A DNA stretch of 63,946 nucleotides, counting the filler, from Olpidium bornovanus S191 (taxonomy: Eukaryota > Fungi > Olpidiomycota): NCBI GenBank assembly GCA_017911155.1. It is 31 parts of 31 records of this genome, joined end to end, with 100 filler letters (N's around TTAATTAATTAA, not from the genome) between each part and the next. Parts side by side here need not be neighbours in the genome. Positions count along the whole stretch, not along the records: positions 22,580 to 25,248 come from JAEFCI010009300.1; positions 25,349 to 27,357 come from JAEFCI010001113.1; positions 27,458 to 29,418 come from JAEFCI010000911.1; positions 29,519 to 31,568 come from JAEFCI010000798.1; positions 31,669 to 34,281 come from JAEFCI010000437.1; positions 34,382 to 36,535 come from JAEFCI010005917.1; positions 36,636 to 38,941 come from JAEFCI010001153.1; 24 more parts are not named here. One strand, given 5' to 3'. The translations under genes and the position numbers were made by a program. Under the pieces are notes generated by a model. It was not told where the DNA came from. It saw nothing but the letters and a program-made list of their open reading frames with translations, and did not search any database. Positions 25,030 to 36,753 of the stretch are shown piece after piece; the stretch's first letter is position 1, and the number at the start of each line of letters is the position of its first letter.

Positions 25030-25184
25030 GCGCGTATATAAGACGCGTCGCCTCCGCACATTTTGAGAATTGTACAGAAAATCCAGACTCCAGATCTAGA
25101 CTCAGATCCAGACCCTGGGCTAGAACGCATGAATATGAATCTCCAGATCGCGCCGTGCGCAGATTACGTACTTCACTCGTTACA
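25030..25184 (+). mobile_element. LTR fragment (3' part), same family as 50108-50435
   Basis: Shared blocks TATATAAG-CGCGTC, CCAGATCTAGA-CTCAGA, GAATCTCCAGATCGCG and terminal CTCGTTACA; 5' boundary unclear. Confidence 0.7.
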
Positions 25185-25348
25185 CAACCCCTATTTCTTC
25201 CTATCACTTGCTTCAGACTTGGTTTTCACTTACCTCTTCAACCTGGACNNNNNNNNNNNNNNNNNNNNNNNNNNNNNNNNNNNNNNNNNNNNTTAATTAA
25301 TTAANNNNNNNNNNNNNNNNNNNNNNNNNNNNNNNNNNNNNNNNNNNN

Positions 25349-25843
25349 GCTGGGGATCTCGACCTGCTCGCCGCCGATGTCCAGCAGGCGCACCTTCACG
25401 CCGATCTCGGTCAGGGCGTGGATGATCGCCGCCGTGTCCGGGCACGCGATGCTCTTGTCCAGCAGCATGTTCAGGCCGTCGACCCACTCGGCGTAGCGCA
25501 CCGGGCTGTCCGCGACGAGGTCCGCGAGGGATTGCTCGCCCGACATGAGCGAGAACGTCAGCGTCGGGTCGAGGGCGTCCCGCTTCATCGTGAACAGCGG
25601 CGACGCCATCCCCGTGACGACGTTCGTCACCAGGGACAGGTCCACTGAGGGTGGCGGGGGACGGGGCGGGATTTTTTTTTTTCAGAAAAAGAAAATGGTT
25701 GCGAGGGGGGGGGGGAATATCCGAGGGGTGCGGGAGGGGAGGGCGGAAAACATTTTGCAAATTGTCCGAAATGGAGGGGGAAAAAAAATCAAGGAAAGAT
25801 ATTAAAAAGCCGGGAGAGAAAGAGGAAGGATAGGAAGAAATGG

Positions 25844-25875
<32 letters not shown>

Positions 25876-27005
25876 ACGTTTATCTCCGAGCATCTCCAGC
25901 GGCGGCTTCGCGCCGGCGTCGACCTCCGCCTTTTCGAAATCCGCGAAGTGCAGCGTCTTCCGGTTGGGCGACAGCCGGTAGAACCTGTGCATGCTCTTCG
26001 CGTCCTTGCCCTTGCTGCCTTTCGTCACCGAGCGGGGCAGCGGGAACCACGCCCCGTTCAGCAGGCAGTTTATCCGCTGGTTGCGCACGAATTGCACGCT
26101 CTCCTTGTACAGCTGCTCCCGGAGGTTTCTGATCGGCCGTGTAGTGCGGCGGGTGGGGGGGGTGGGATTCGCCAGGGTGGTGGGCGGGCCAGCGGGCGCA
26201 GATGAGGTGAGAGAGGAGGAGAATAGGAGGCGATAAAAAAAAAGTCGTTGGGTTCGGATGCCGCCCAAAATGCCAGGAACGGATGAGGAAGGCCGTTCCC
26301 CACTCCCCCCACCCGCCCCCGCCCGGGCCAAAGAAGAAAAAAAAGGAACAAACGAAAAAGATGATGGGAATGCAATCAACCTTCCCCCCCCCCCACCCCA
26401 ACCGTCTTGTTTCCGGGTCCGTACCGCACGGGCAGTTTCTCCATCACGTCGTCCTCCATTTCGAGCTCCTTGAGCTGGCGCTCGCGCACGACCGCGTAGG
26501 GCACCTGCAGCATGTCCTTCTCGAACTGGTAGCTGGTGATGGAGACCTCGTTCCTGAGCGCGGACTTGAGCTGCGAGCGCACCAGCGCGGACACCTTGCT
26601 GCCGTCGGCGGACGTGGCCGCCATCTCCGACCACATGCGGAAGAACGACTGCACCGTCACGTAGCTGACGAGCTCGAAGGACAGGAGCAGCGGGTGGAAG
26701 GTCGTGCTCGTCGAGTCTGCGCGGGTGAGAAAAAAAAATCACCCGCCCCGCCCTCACCCGAAACGAGGACGGAGCGGGGGGAAATTTCTTTTTTTTTTAA
26801 AAAAAAACTGTGAAGGACGACGCTCAAAAAACGCGGGGATTTTTCTTTGCGCCGGCTTTCTTTTCCTCCTCCTCCCCACACTCCCACCCACATCCGGTGT
26901 TGATGTCCCAGAAATCTCCCAGCAGCTCCATCACCTCTATCACCGTCCGCGCGAACGGGCACCGCCGTTCGGGAGGTTTGTTCAACTGCTCGACCACCGT
27001 CTTCG
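25349..27005 (-). CDS. ELMO: ELMO/CED-12 family protein with C-terminal PH domain, partial, four exons
   Basis: CPFARTVIEVMELLGDFW...FFRMWSEMAAT...VRSQL...ELEMED...LREQLYKESVQFVRNQRINCLLNGAWF...FYRLSPNRKTLHFADF...YAEWVDGLNMLL...KVRLLDI. Confidence 0.93.
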
Positions 27006-27019
27006 CTCCGGAAAAAAAA

Positions 27020-27340
27020 GAAAAAATGAAAAAATGAAAAAATGAAAAAAATGAAAAAAATGAAAAAAATGAAAAAAATGAAAAAAATGAAAAAAATGAA
27101 AAAAATGAAAAAATGAAAGGATGAAAAAATGAACAAATGAAAAAATGAAAGGATGAAAAAATGAACAAATGAAAAAATGAAAAAAATGAAAAAATGAAAA
27201 AATGAAAAAATGAAAAAATGAAAAAGTGAAAAAATGAAAAAATGAAAAAATGAAAAAATGAAAAAATGAAAAAATGAAAAAATGAAAAAATGAAAAAATG
27301 AAGAAATGAAAAAATGAAGAAAAGAAAAAAAGAAAAAAGA
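27020..27340. repeat. (GAAAAAAT)n-type 8-mer intronic microsatellite
   Basis: More than 30 degenerate copies seen directly. Confidence 0.95.
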
Positions 27341-27457
27341 AAAAAAGAAAAAAAAAANNNNNNNNNNNNNNNNNNNNNNNNNNNNNNNNNNNNNNNNNNN
27401 NTTAATTAATTAANNNNNNNNNNNNNNNNNNNNNNNNNNNNNNNNNNNNNNNNNNNN

Positions 27458-28342
27458 CATGTTTCTCCGGGAAAACATCCACGTGACTGTAGCCATCACG
27501 ACGGCAGCGATGTGTGCTGCGAATGACCAGACAACGTGAACCTTCTTTGGCTTGACGTCCACGGGGAGTGTTGCCGGACGTTGGTGGTGTATGACGTCAT
27601 TTTCTGCCCTCGAGTCGTTTCTCTGGAGGTACACCAGAAAGAGCATCGAGGGATCCTGGCCGAACTGGACCCCGGCGATGGACCAGCTGCAGCCCGAATC
27701 AACCTCTGCCTCCCTCTGGTTCTCACGTTCGCACACCTCCTCGACGTGGCGCAGGGATTCGCTGGCGAAACGCTTGAGGTCTTCAAATGGTCTGGTCCCG
27801 ACGATCTGCCGCAGGCCGTCTTCGCCCTGAATGTTGATCCGCAGGCGACGCGTCGCGGCGGACTCCCACTTGTGACCCGTCCGGCTGACAGAGTAGAGCA
27901 CGTACGGGGGGTTGCGGTAGCTTGAGACTGCGGCAGCAAGTCCCCGCAGGTTGTAGTACTCCGCCTCCTGCTGCAGGGCGTGGAGCGACACGTCTTTGTT
28001 CGACGCAATGGCGAACCGGCTTGTCCGCAGGTAGTTCAGAACCACGTCAAACAGTTCGGGGTCGCGGTCGATGAACAGCGGCGACCCTGAATCCTGCCCA
28101 TCGCGCTCCGCGGTCCCCCTTCGCCTTTGGCATTGCCCTTTGAACGACTGTGGCTGGCGTCCGCCTTCGCTTTCGTTGAATTCCGTCCCCCAGTCGTGCT
28201 CCACCATCTTCGCGAGCAAGCATTCGGGATGAAACATCAGCGTGGACTTGGCTACCGAGAAATGCCTCCCGCCGACGTCGAACACAACGATGTTCGGCTT
28301 TTCTCGGGCTTGCGCTAATTCGTATTGCGTCATCGTCGACAT
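27458..28342 (-). CDS. BTB/POZ (T1/KCTD-type) protein, intronless ORF, 3'-truncated
   Basis: IVVFDVGGRHFSVAKSTLMFHPECLLAKM...LFIDRDPELFDVVLNYLRT...LQQEAEYYNL; hydrophobic segment near the C-terminus. Confidence 0.9.
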
Positions 28343-29929
28343 GTCTTTTTCTTATTTTTCCAATTGGCGGCCGGCGGCGGCGGCGGCGGTGGCGGTGACG
28401 TGGAGTTCTTTCCGACGCGACCGGGTGTCCAGCCGCCGGCAGTTTGTAACCGCAAAGAAGACGAATGCCCCCTTTTGCGAGAATCGCCGTTCAGTCGGCA
28501 GCAGGACGGCTGTCGAGAAAGAGAGCGTTGAAATGGGCGATCGGCAGGACAAGGGCACAGTAGGCAGAATGAACGAATAGTACCTTACGGCGACTTTCTC
28601 AGAGAAGGACGTTTCCAGATATGAGCGGCCAACCGCCAAAAATAAAGACCTCCGAGGAGAAGTTCAACGGAATAGACTCGCACCCCGCTTTCCTCGTACT
28701 TGGGGGGGGTTTTTTGTTCGCCGCGACTTAATTTGAAACTCGTGCGCTTTGCGAAATTTCTTAGCAAGGATGACGAGATCTTTTTCAAACTTCGGCCTTT
28801 GCCCAAACGACGCCAAAATTCCTGAGGAGCGAGTGGGACCCAAGTTGCCGGAAACCGGCGTAAGACCGTCTAAGGCCATGAAGGTACCACACGTAGCGGA
28901 GAGGCCCCGAAAGCAGCGCCGCGACCGCACCGCGACGAACTCTTTGCACTATTGTTATTAATATTATTATTTGGTAAACCGATCACGCGGCGTGGCACGG
29001 AACAGTGGATGGGGTGACAGTTGTGGGAACCTTTTGAATTTTAACCGCGGAAAAAACTTCACGCGTTTGCTGCCGGACGGTGTCACAGGATATGTTTACG
29101 CCCGGTTCACCATTTTCCCCTACGGCTGCCAACATTTCTGGAATCAGCGTACTTTCTATTTGCGTCAGCCGGAAAGCGCGGCAAGCCGACGAGAAAGTCC
29201 GGCGTTAACGCATCGCAAGAGCTGGACGAGCTTTCAAGAACCGGAATGTTCTTCCGTGCGGCCCTGCTTTCTCAAAGCCGAACACTGCGGGTACGTTTCA
29301 GGGGCAATTTTCGTCCGGGAAACTTGCTCGAGCAGCAGTTTAGTCCGCTGAGATGTGACGAACTCGCGTTTCTAGTCGGCGCCAACAGAAAAAAAAAAAA
29401 AAAAAAAAAAAAAAAAAANNNNNNNNNNNNNNNNNNNNNNNNNNNNNNNNNNNNNNNNNNNNTTAATTAATTAANNNNNNNNNNNNNNNNNNNNNNNNNN
29501 NNNNNNNNNNNNNNNNNNCAAAAGAGTAGTAGTCTCCCAGTGCTTTTCGAGTGCCGCCGCACTCTCTGCTGGGAAACATATAGCGGCACGCGTGTCGGTG
29601 GCTGCCTTCCACGTAATTCAGCACGTACCTGTTCCCATGGACTGACATTAGGAATGGGCTTACCAGGTTGGCGTGAACGATTCCGCCGGCGGGGGGGTCT
29701 CGTCTTGGACGGTGGGGCGGCGGTTCGCGGGAAACTGCTGTCCGACTCGGCGCGCGTATCGCATGTGGTCTACGGGACTTCGTAAGCCTGCGCCCACCAT
29801 TTCTCCCTCTGCTTGCTTTTGGAACATGTGGAAGGTTTCGTGGGCCAAAATGGCCGGAACGAGCGTGCCATTTTTCTTAGTCGCCAAGTCATCACGGCGA
29901 CTTCTCTCATGATTGGCACTGCGTTAAGG

Positions 29930-30200
29930 TAGAATAGTCTATTGTCGCCGTTGCTGGTCCCTGTCACCATGATGGCTCCCGTCCTTCATGACGAGGGCAG
30001 TGTATCCTCCTTGAACGTGATCTCGAGGCCATGGTGTGCGGCCGCGGAGGCGGAGAACAATGCCATGCGGAAGGCGGAGACGACATTGCGTTGTGCAGAG
30101 CCAAGTTGATCCCGGTTTTGGCCGAGAGCTTGGCCGTTCCATCGGCGACGACGCTCTCCTCAGGGTCCGAGGAGGTCCAGACTTGTTTGGGGTGACAGGC
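29930..30200 (-). mobile_element. Decayed Ty1/copia pol fragment (protease to pre-integrase region)
   Basis: Frameshifted pieces ESVVADGTAKL..LHN / AFRMALFSASAAAHHGLEITFKED / TALVMKDGS / TGTSNGDNRLFYLN follow the copia pattern LHNVLYVP..NLFSVS..HG..ITF..K..RLY.L. Confidence 0.65.
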
Positions 30201-30834
30201 GGGTCGCGGCAGAGCAGCGTTTTGTCAGGTGTCAAATGCCTGATAGCGCCGTTACCATGGTGATTACTACGTTGTGGCAGGTGCTCGCGGCGGTATAAAC
30301 CCTAACCCTAACCAGGGAGGCAGAGACGGGGACAGAAAAGGCTGAGCTTGGATACAGGACTCTTTTAATTGGCGTGGAATTTCTATCTGATCCTGATTTC
30401 TAATAATTTGGGGTTTCTAGAAAACACACAGGGGAGAATAGTGGGACGTCGTCCCGGCGCGCGCGATGCACACGTGGGTCGAGCCTCCGACGTTACGCCT
30501 CTTTTTTTCGACAGGGGGGGGGAAGGGGGGGGCCACTTCCCCGCAGGCGGGGGAATGCCCCGCCGGGCGCGTCTGAAGAATGTTTTGCGCTCCCCGCCCT
30601 TCCTCTCTCAGAAGGCTGTGTTTCTGTCACCCCGAGGCACCGAAATGGGGGTGCATCCGAGGAAGAGAAAAAAACCATTGTAGGCACTCAACTTGCGAGC
30701 GAAGCAATAACGAGTCGTGCGGCAGGGAACGAACTAAGCACGAGGAAAAAGGTATGGCAGAAAACAACACGGACCCAATGGTCCACGCCGGGGTAAAATG
30801 CGTGAGAACCGTTTACGAAAACCCGCCTCCGCCG

Positions 30835-31568
30835 TTACAGACAAAACAGGAATTGAAGATCCTCTTTGGTCAGGCGGTTCAGCGCGTTCTGATCTCCTCC
30901 GATCGTGCTCTGAAACAGAGCCTATGGTCACGGAAAGGTTACAACCGGTGCCTGATTAGCACGGGAGATCACCAGGCAAGCTGAACACGAGAAGCGGCAA
31001 ATTTAGGGACGTACTTCTTTCTTGCGTTGCAACTCGATGATTCGACTGGCCGAAATCGCAGAAACACCAGTGAGACAACCAGAGAACCTGGCGCTAGGAA
31101 ACGAGCAAAGAACCTCACGCTCGCACTGCAAACCTTTCAATCGAGTTTTCGATCACGATCCGCGTGATCCTGATCGGCCGGTGTTGTCCCAGGCGGTGGA
31201 TCCGGTCAGCGGCCTGGTTCATGACCTAAAGCCCGTCCCAAAGGTAAAGCTCAGCTAATCGCAAAACAACCCGGCAACCCAGCGTCCTCTCGATGTTCGT
31301 CGGTCCACGCGAGCAGCCACAAACGCCCACCTGAGGATTCCACCAGGCGTCCAGCAGGAAAATTTGGCTGGCTTCGGTCAGGTTAAGGGCAACGCCGCCG
31401 GCCTTCAGGGAGACAAGAAACACAGTAATGTGCGGATTCGTCGAAAACCTGGGTACAATCAACAGAAGTCAGAGCCTCCTGACCGGCCAACGTAACTGAG
31501 TCTTCAAATAAAATTCTACGTGGAACACGCACGCCTTGATCGCTGCGTCACGCTGCGCGGGAGTCATG
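30835..31568 (-). CDS. RAD16: RAD16-type SNF2 helicase, C-terminal exons, 5'-partial
   Basis: [11 protein letters not shown]|..[30 protein letters not shown]|..[27 protein letters not shown]|RIIELQ..|[26 protein letters not shown]. Confidence 0.92.
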
Positions 31569-31799
31569 NNNNNNNNNNNNNNNNNNNNNNNNNNNNNNNN
31601 NNNNNNNNNNNNTTAATTAATTAANNNNNNNNNNNNNNNNNNNNNNNNNNNNNNNNNNNNNNNNNNNNCATGGTCGTCGAGCGAGACCCTGGCACAAGCT
31701 CACGGTTAATACACGGGGATTTGTAAAAGCAGGCACAATGTACGCTGGAAAGAAAAAAAAATGGGGGCGCCGTCTTGTTAAAACGGTTTTCGCCGTTGG

Positions 31800-33305
31800 C
31801 AAACCGCCCCTCTGGTTACCCCCACCGGCAGCGCCGCCGTCGCCCTTGTCTCGTTCTCTCAGCCCCCGAGAAGCCGTTTGAAAAAGTTTGTAAGTCGACG
31901 AATCTTCCGCGACCACGGACGCCGCGACGACCGCACCCGGCTCGCTTGCAACGGATTTGACCATCCTCTGTAAATCGGGGCCGCCCGGGCGAGCCATCAG
32001 GAACAGCCGGGCAGCAAACGTGGTGACGGAGCGGCTGGCAGCCAAAAGCGAGGCAGAGTGGGCCCTACCTCGACGGAGGACAGCTCGAACTGCGTCTCGT
32101 CAAAGGGCTCCGACCAAGGCGCTGAATTTCTCGCGAAAGGAGGGAAGATGGGGGAAAGAGTCGGACGGGGCGGTTGTCACGATCGGCCGGATTCTGGCTG
32201 TTTTTGCGGTAACCAGTTTTAAAGAGAGAGAGAAAGAGGAAGAGGCGGCCAACTCGGAAAAACGGACGCGTACTTTTCCGCCGCGGAATAACGAGTCCCT
32301 TCTGCTCGAACTCCTCCAGCTCCGAAGACTTTTTCACCGCGACGCTCTTGAGCTCCGCGCATCGCCTCTCCAGCTCCGCGGCCACAAACACTAGCGGGGA
32401 TACCAGGTGCGCGCCCAACACCTCCGCCGCCCCGACGACGCGGTCGTCCCCGCTGCCCAAAGCGGAGCCGATCCCGTCCGGCTCGTCCAGCCGCCGGAGG
32501 TCGAACTGCCACCGGAAGGCGACGAAGTTGTTGGACGTCGGATCCACCGACGCCTGCAGACACAGCTGAGGCACGCAGTGGGGAGGAGAGGGGGGGAGGA
32601 GAGGGGGGGAAGGGGGGGACCGTGAGACGTCTGTTTTCGCGAGCCGAGTTATCCACGCCGGGCCGGCGCTTCGCGCGGGTGACTCACGTTCCCGGAATTG
32701 AGGGAGGACGACGACGGCCTAGACCGCTTGAACGTGACACCTTCCTTGTTGCCCTCTAGTATGGACAGCAGCAGAGCGAACACCACGTCCGGGTCCCTCT
32801 CGGCGGTGTAGGAGAGTCCGGGGGAATGCAACTGGCAGGGGGGGGGATTAGGCAAACGCAAGGCGACGTGGTTTGAGCCTAGGACAGAAAATCTGCAAGT
32901 CGGGAAGGCCGGGCGGAGGGGGCGGGCGAAAAAAAGCGGGGAAGAAAAGCAACCTTCCCCTCCCCCTTCCCCGTCTCCGCCGCGCGCATGTTTACCAGCC
33001 TTCGTCTTCCGTACGAGGTCGGCCAGGTCGGTCTCCTCGAACCACACGGAGCGGAGGTCGGTCGCCAGGGCCAGCAGCACCGGCGAGGGAGGCGCCGCAG
33101 GGTGGCGGACGTCGGCGCCGCGCTTGCGAACAACCAGGCAGCACTTCGTGAGCAGGCGCTCGTCCTCCTCCTCCTCCTCCTCCATTGGCCCCGGTTCCGG
33201 CTCCGGCCCCGGCCCCAGCGAGCTCGCGTCTCCCGGCGACACGCGTATGGACGTCCAGGCGGGGATCTCCCGCAGCGCGCTGTCGATCCGGGACGTGTAC
33301 GCCAT
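31800..33305 (-). CDS. XLF/NHEJ1-like non-homologous end-joining factor, spliced
   Basis: LLALATDLRSVWFEE; FRWQFDLRRL; HLVSPLVFVAAELERRCAELKSVAVKKSSELEEFEQKG; SEPFDETQF, in the same order as XLF DLQQVWHE..WNFH..HLIRPL..KDLEIQDY..TEPFEE. Confidence 0.7.
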
Positions 33306-33940
33306 TTCGAAGTACACCGCTGGCGGGGAAAGCGCGCGTGGGGGGAGGGGTGAAAGGGGGAGGAAGTGTTTCACTTTTCTGAGCCGCGGAACAAGAAGAC
33401 GCAAACGGCGCCGGGCGCCGCGAAGGCCGCCGCAGAGATCTTTTCTTTCGGCCTGTTTGTGGTGCCACCTACGCGAAAGTTTGTTTAATATGCTGGGACT
33501 CTAGGAATTCTGCGTCAGGCGGAAATGGGGGGCGGGGCCCGGAGCGCGTAGTGTCTATGCGCCGGAGCCGGAGGAGGCCCCCCCCCCCTTTTTTCTTGTG
33601 CAGGGAGGGTGGCATGGCCCGGCTGCGCCGGCTCCTCTCACCCGGGCCACCCGAGGAGGAGCACTTTGGATGAACACGTGACCCGGAGAGCGCGTCGCAC
33701 GGTTCACAACAAGACTTTTAGAGATTTTATAGATACAAAAATTACCACGAGGGCGGGCAGACGGGGGAGGGGCAGGGGCGAAACCGGGGGGGAGGGGGGG
33801 GACGAAAGCTCGGGTTTTAACTTGGTGGTGGTGAGAAGAGGGCGGGGTGGGAGGGGGGGAAGGCGGGGGAGTTGGGGATGGCGATCGGTGCGGGTGTTCC
33901 TTTCATCTTCCGCTTACCCCCCCCCCCCCCCCCCCCCCCC

Positions 33941-33977
<37 letters not shown>

Positions 33978-34168
33978 CCCACCACCGCTCAAAAAAGCGC
34001 GTCCCGTTTCTGCCCCGCGCCCCCCCCCCCCCCCCCCGCCGGCCCGCGTTCCCCCCCCCTTCCCCGCTCCCTCCCCGCCGCGTTCCACACGCGCGCACGC
34101 GCGCTGCCCGCGCTTCTCAACCTCTCCGTCGCCCCCTCCGAAAAAGGTAAAAAAAAAAAGAAAAAAAG

Positions 34169-34281
<113 letters not shown>

Positions 34282-34381
34282 NNNNNNNNNNNNNNNNNNN
34301 NNNNNNNNNNNNNNNNNNNNNNNNNTTAATTAATTAANNNNNNNNNNNNNNNNNNNNNNNNNNNNNNNNNNNNNNNNNNNN

Positions 34382-34432
<51 letters not shown>

Positions 34433-34434
34433 GG

Positions 34435-34473
<39 letters not shown>

Positions 34474-35599
34474 CAGGGGGGGAGGGGGGCCGGGAACTGA
34501 GCCAAACGGACCTGCAGCACCGCCACGAGAGCACCAGCCATAGCCGAATCGCTGGTGAACCAACAGCCTGACTAGAGCAGATCCCACGATGCCCGCGCCG
34601 TTGAAGAAAAAAAAGAAACACAACTCACAGCTTCCTTTTCAGCCTCCCTTCGTTTGTGCTCGCTCTCTCTGCGTACTTTTGATTCATCGTCATATCATCA
34701 TGCCTTCTCGGTGTAGGGGCGGCGGCTGTTAACGGGGCCCCCCGCCTGGCAGGGCAAGTTTGGCTCTGGCCCCGCTGCAGCTTTAACCCCACCGCCGATC
34801 CAGAACAAAAGCAAACCTCGACCGTTTCGGCGCGGCGGTTTGAACTCGTCTTCCGACGACACATGCCGCCGGAGCCGGCGCCAGCTTGTCGTTGCTCTGG
34901 CGCACGAGCGCGGCCGCCTTGGTCAGGCTCAAGAGACTCACACTCGATTTCAGCGAGCCGGCCGAAAAAGAAACCGGGTGCGGCGGCGCGGGGTCCGCGG
35001 AAAAGGGCCTTTTGATAGGGACTAGTCCTGGCGCCTTGCGACCGCAACGCCCCTAGGAACGACTGGTCAGCGCGCGCCCGGAATCAGAAGAACCTGCCGA
35101 AGAGGATTGTCTTGTCGGGCGGTTCTTAAAGGGACCTTTGACGTGGAAAGATGGAAGGTACGGCGGGAGTGGACGACCCCGGGACCACAGCTCGCTGCTC
35201 CCGTAAGCCAGCCAGCAGCTGCCCGAGTACTACTGCCTAACCGCGGCGTTGCACTTTATTTGTCGACCCAAGCTCCGGAAACTCAACAGGTTACGAGCCA
35301 AACCGCCATTTCTACCCTGTCTGAGAACGAAGGAGCCGCGCAGCACCCGCTTGCGCAACTGCAACGATTCCCACGGTAGCCATATTACGGACAGGAAGCA
35401 ATGACCAGCGCCTTCATGACTCTAACTCCCGAGGAGCAACGTTGCCGCGTCCCGGAACGGAACGCCAGCAGAGCAGACTCCACTCGCAGCACCTCATTTG
35501 ACTCCGCCACCTCAGCCATCTCACGGCTGTCAACGTAGTCATAAAGAGTCGTAGCCTCGGTGCTTCTACACTGAACGAGGAAGATTACAACACGCATCA

Positions 35600-36535
35600 C
35601 TATAACAACGCATCACTATAACAACGCAAAAGTAGAAGAACTACGAAGGCAGGTAGCCGTCCTCGAAACTGAGAAGGCCGCCATGGCACGTGAGCTCAAA
35701 GATCACAGCCGCGCTATCGAGAAGCCGACTGATGCTTAAGATGGCAAACCAGGGGGAGCTGGCGGAGGGGCAGGAAGGTCAGGGAGTCAGAGTCCACACG
35801 GCCTTGCCGGCTGTAATGTCAGTCAGTGGGAGCCAAAAGCACCAAGGCAGTGAGAGAGACCACGGCCAGCGCCGGGTAATTGCCAACATTGTCCTGGCAG
35901 ACCAAGCGCCCCAACCACGGGTCAATCACACTACTAAAGTTTTGTGTGATTTCCATCCTCAATCTTTCTTCAACATTGATTCCTGCTCCAGTGACCACAT
36001 TCTCCCAGACACGGCCCTTTTCGCCAATATATTTACAAAAAGGCTCTACTGCCGGCAGTCTATACCGCCACGGGTGTGTCACCGCCAACAAAGTGTGTCA
36101 GCACCGCTCACATCAACTCACCAGGAGCTACGTTGACTCTCACAAATGCTATTTATGAATGTTATTTACGCTCCTGCCATTGATAAGCCTTTGCTTTCAG
36201 TGGGCCGCGCAACGTACACAGGAGGCTACGTTTTGCTTTTGAACCAGGGATACGATTCCTCCAAAGGTGGAACGCCTTCTTTTCTCCGGACATCGCACGG
36301 AGAATATCATTTACGAACTCAACCTTGACGATGAAAGCCTGGGCAGCAAACTTGATACCCACGTCGCAATGTTGTCGACCGCAACTGATATCCAAGCCTG
36401 GCATTAACGTTTTTGCCACCTTGGTACCGACAGTGTTCGCAAACTCCATACTTTGATCCGTGGAATGGCAATCGACCAAACCAACCACGACACTACCTTT
36501 TGCGATGTTTGTCAGTTAGCAAAACTGACTTGACG
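35600..36535 (+). mobile_element. Decayed Ty1/copia gag-pol (gag end, protease, pre-integrase HHCC)
   Basis: FNIDSCSSDHILPD (IDSG.S.H protease), NVIYAPAIDKPLLSVGRAT, AWH*RFCHLGT...FCDVCQLAK; stops and frameshifts. Confidence 0.85.
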
Positions 36536-36753
36536 NNNNNNNNNNNNNNNNNNNNNNNNNNNNNNNNNNNNNNNNNNNNTTAATTAATTAANNNNNNNNN
36601 NNNNNNNNNNNNNNNNNNNNNNNNNNNNNNNNNNNCATGTTGTAGACCGTAGCCCAGCCTATAAGGAGGGCGTCCAGCGGAGGAGTAATTGGAAATGTAG
36701 TAAAGTTCCGAAACCAGCGGTTGAATTATCTCTGAGTTAACACGAAAGCTTAC

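Noticed and set aside
29660-29887. HExxH metalloprotease motif (ILAHETFH)
   Set aside because: Short ORF directly downstream of a frameshifted copia relic, with no other protease features; probably chance.
30297-30313. True telomere
   Set aside because: Only about 2.5 CCCTAA units, internal to a contig.
34490-34610. Rossmann-like GAGIVGSALVRLL on the minus strand
   Set aside because: Only about 35 codons between low-complexity tracts; frame and exon boundaries are ambiguous.
36636-36742. LTR 3' end (TATAAG...TTAACA) inside the SH3-gene intron
   Set aside because: Truncated by the contig edge, with no second copy or other LTR feature to confirm it.
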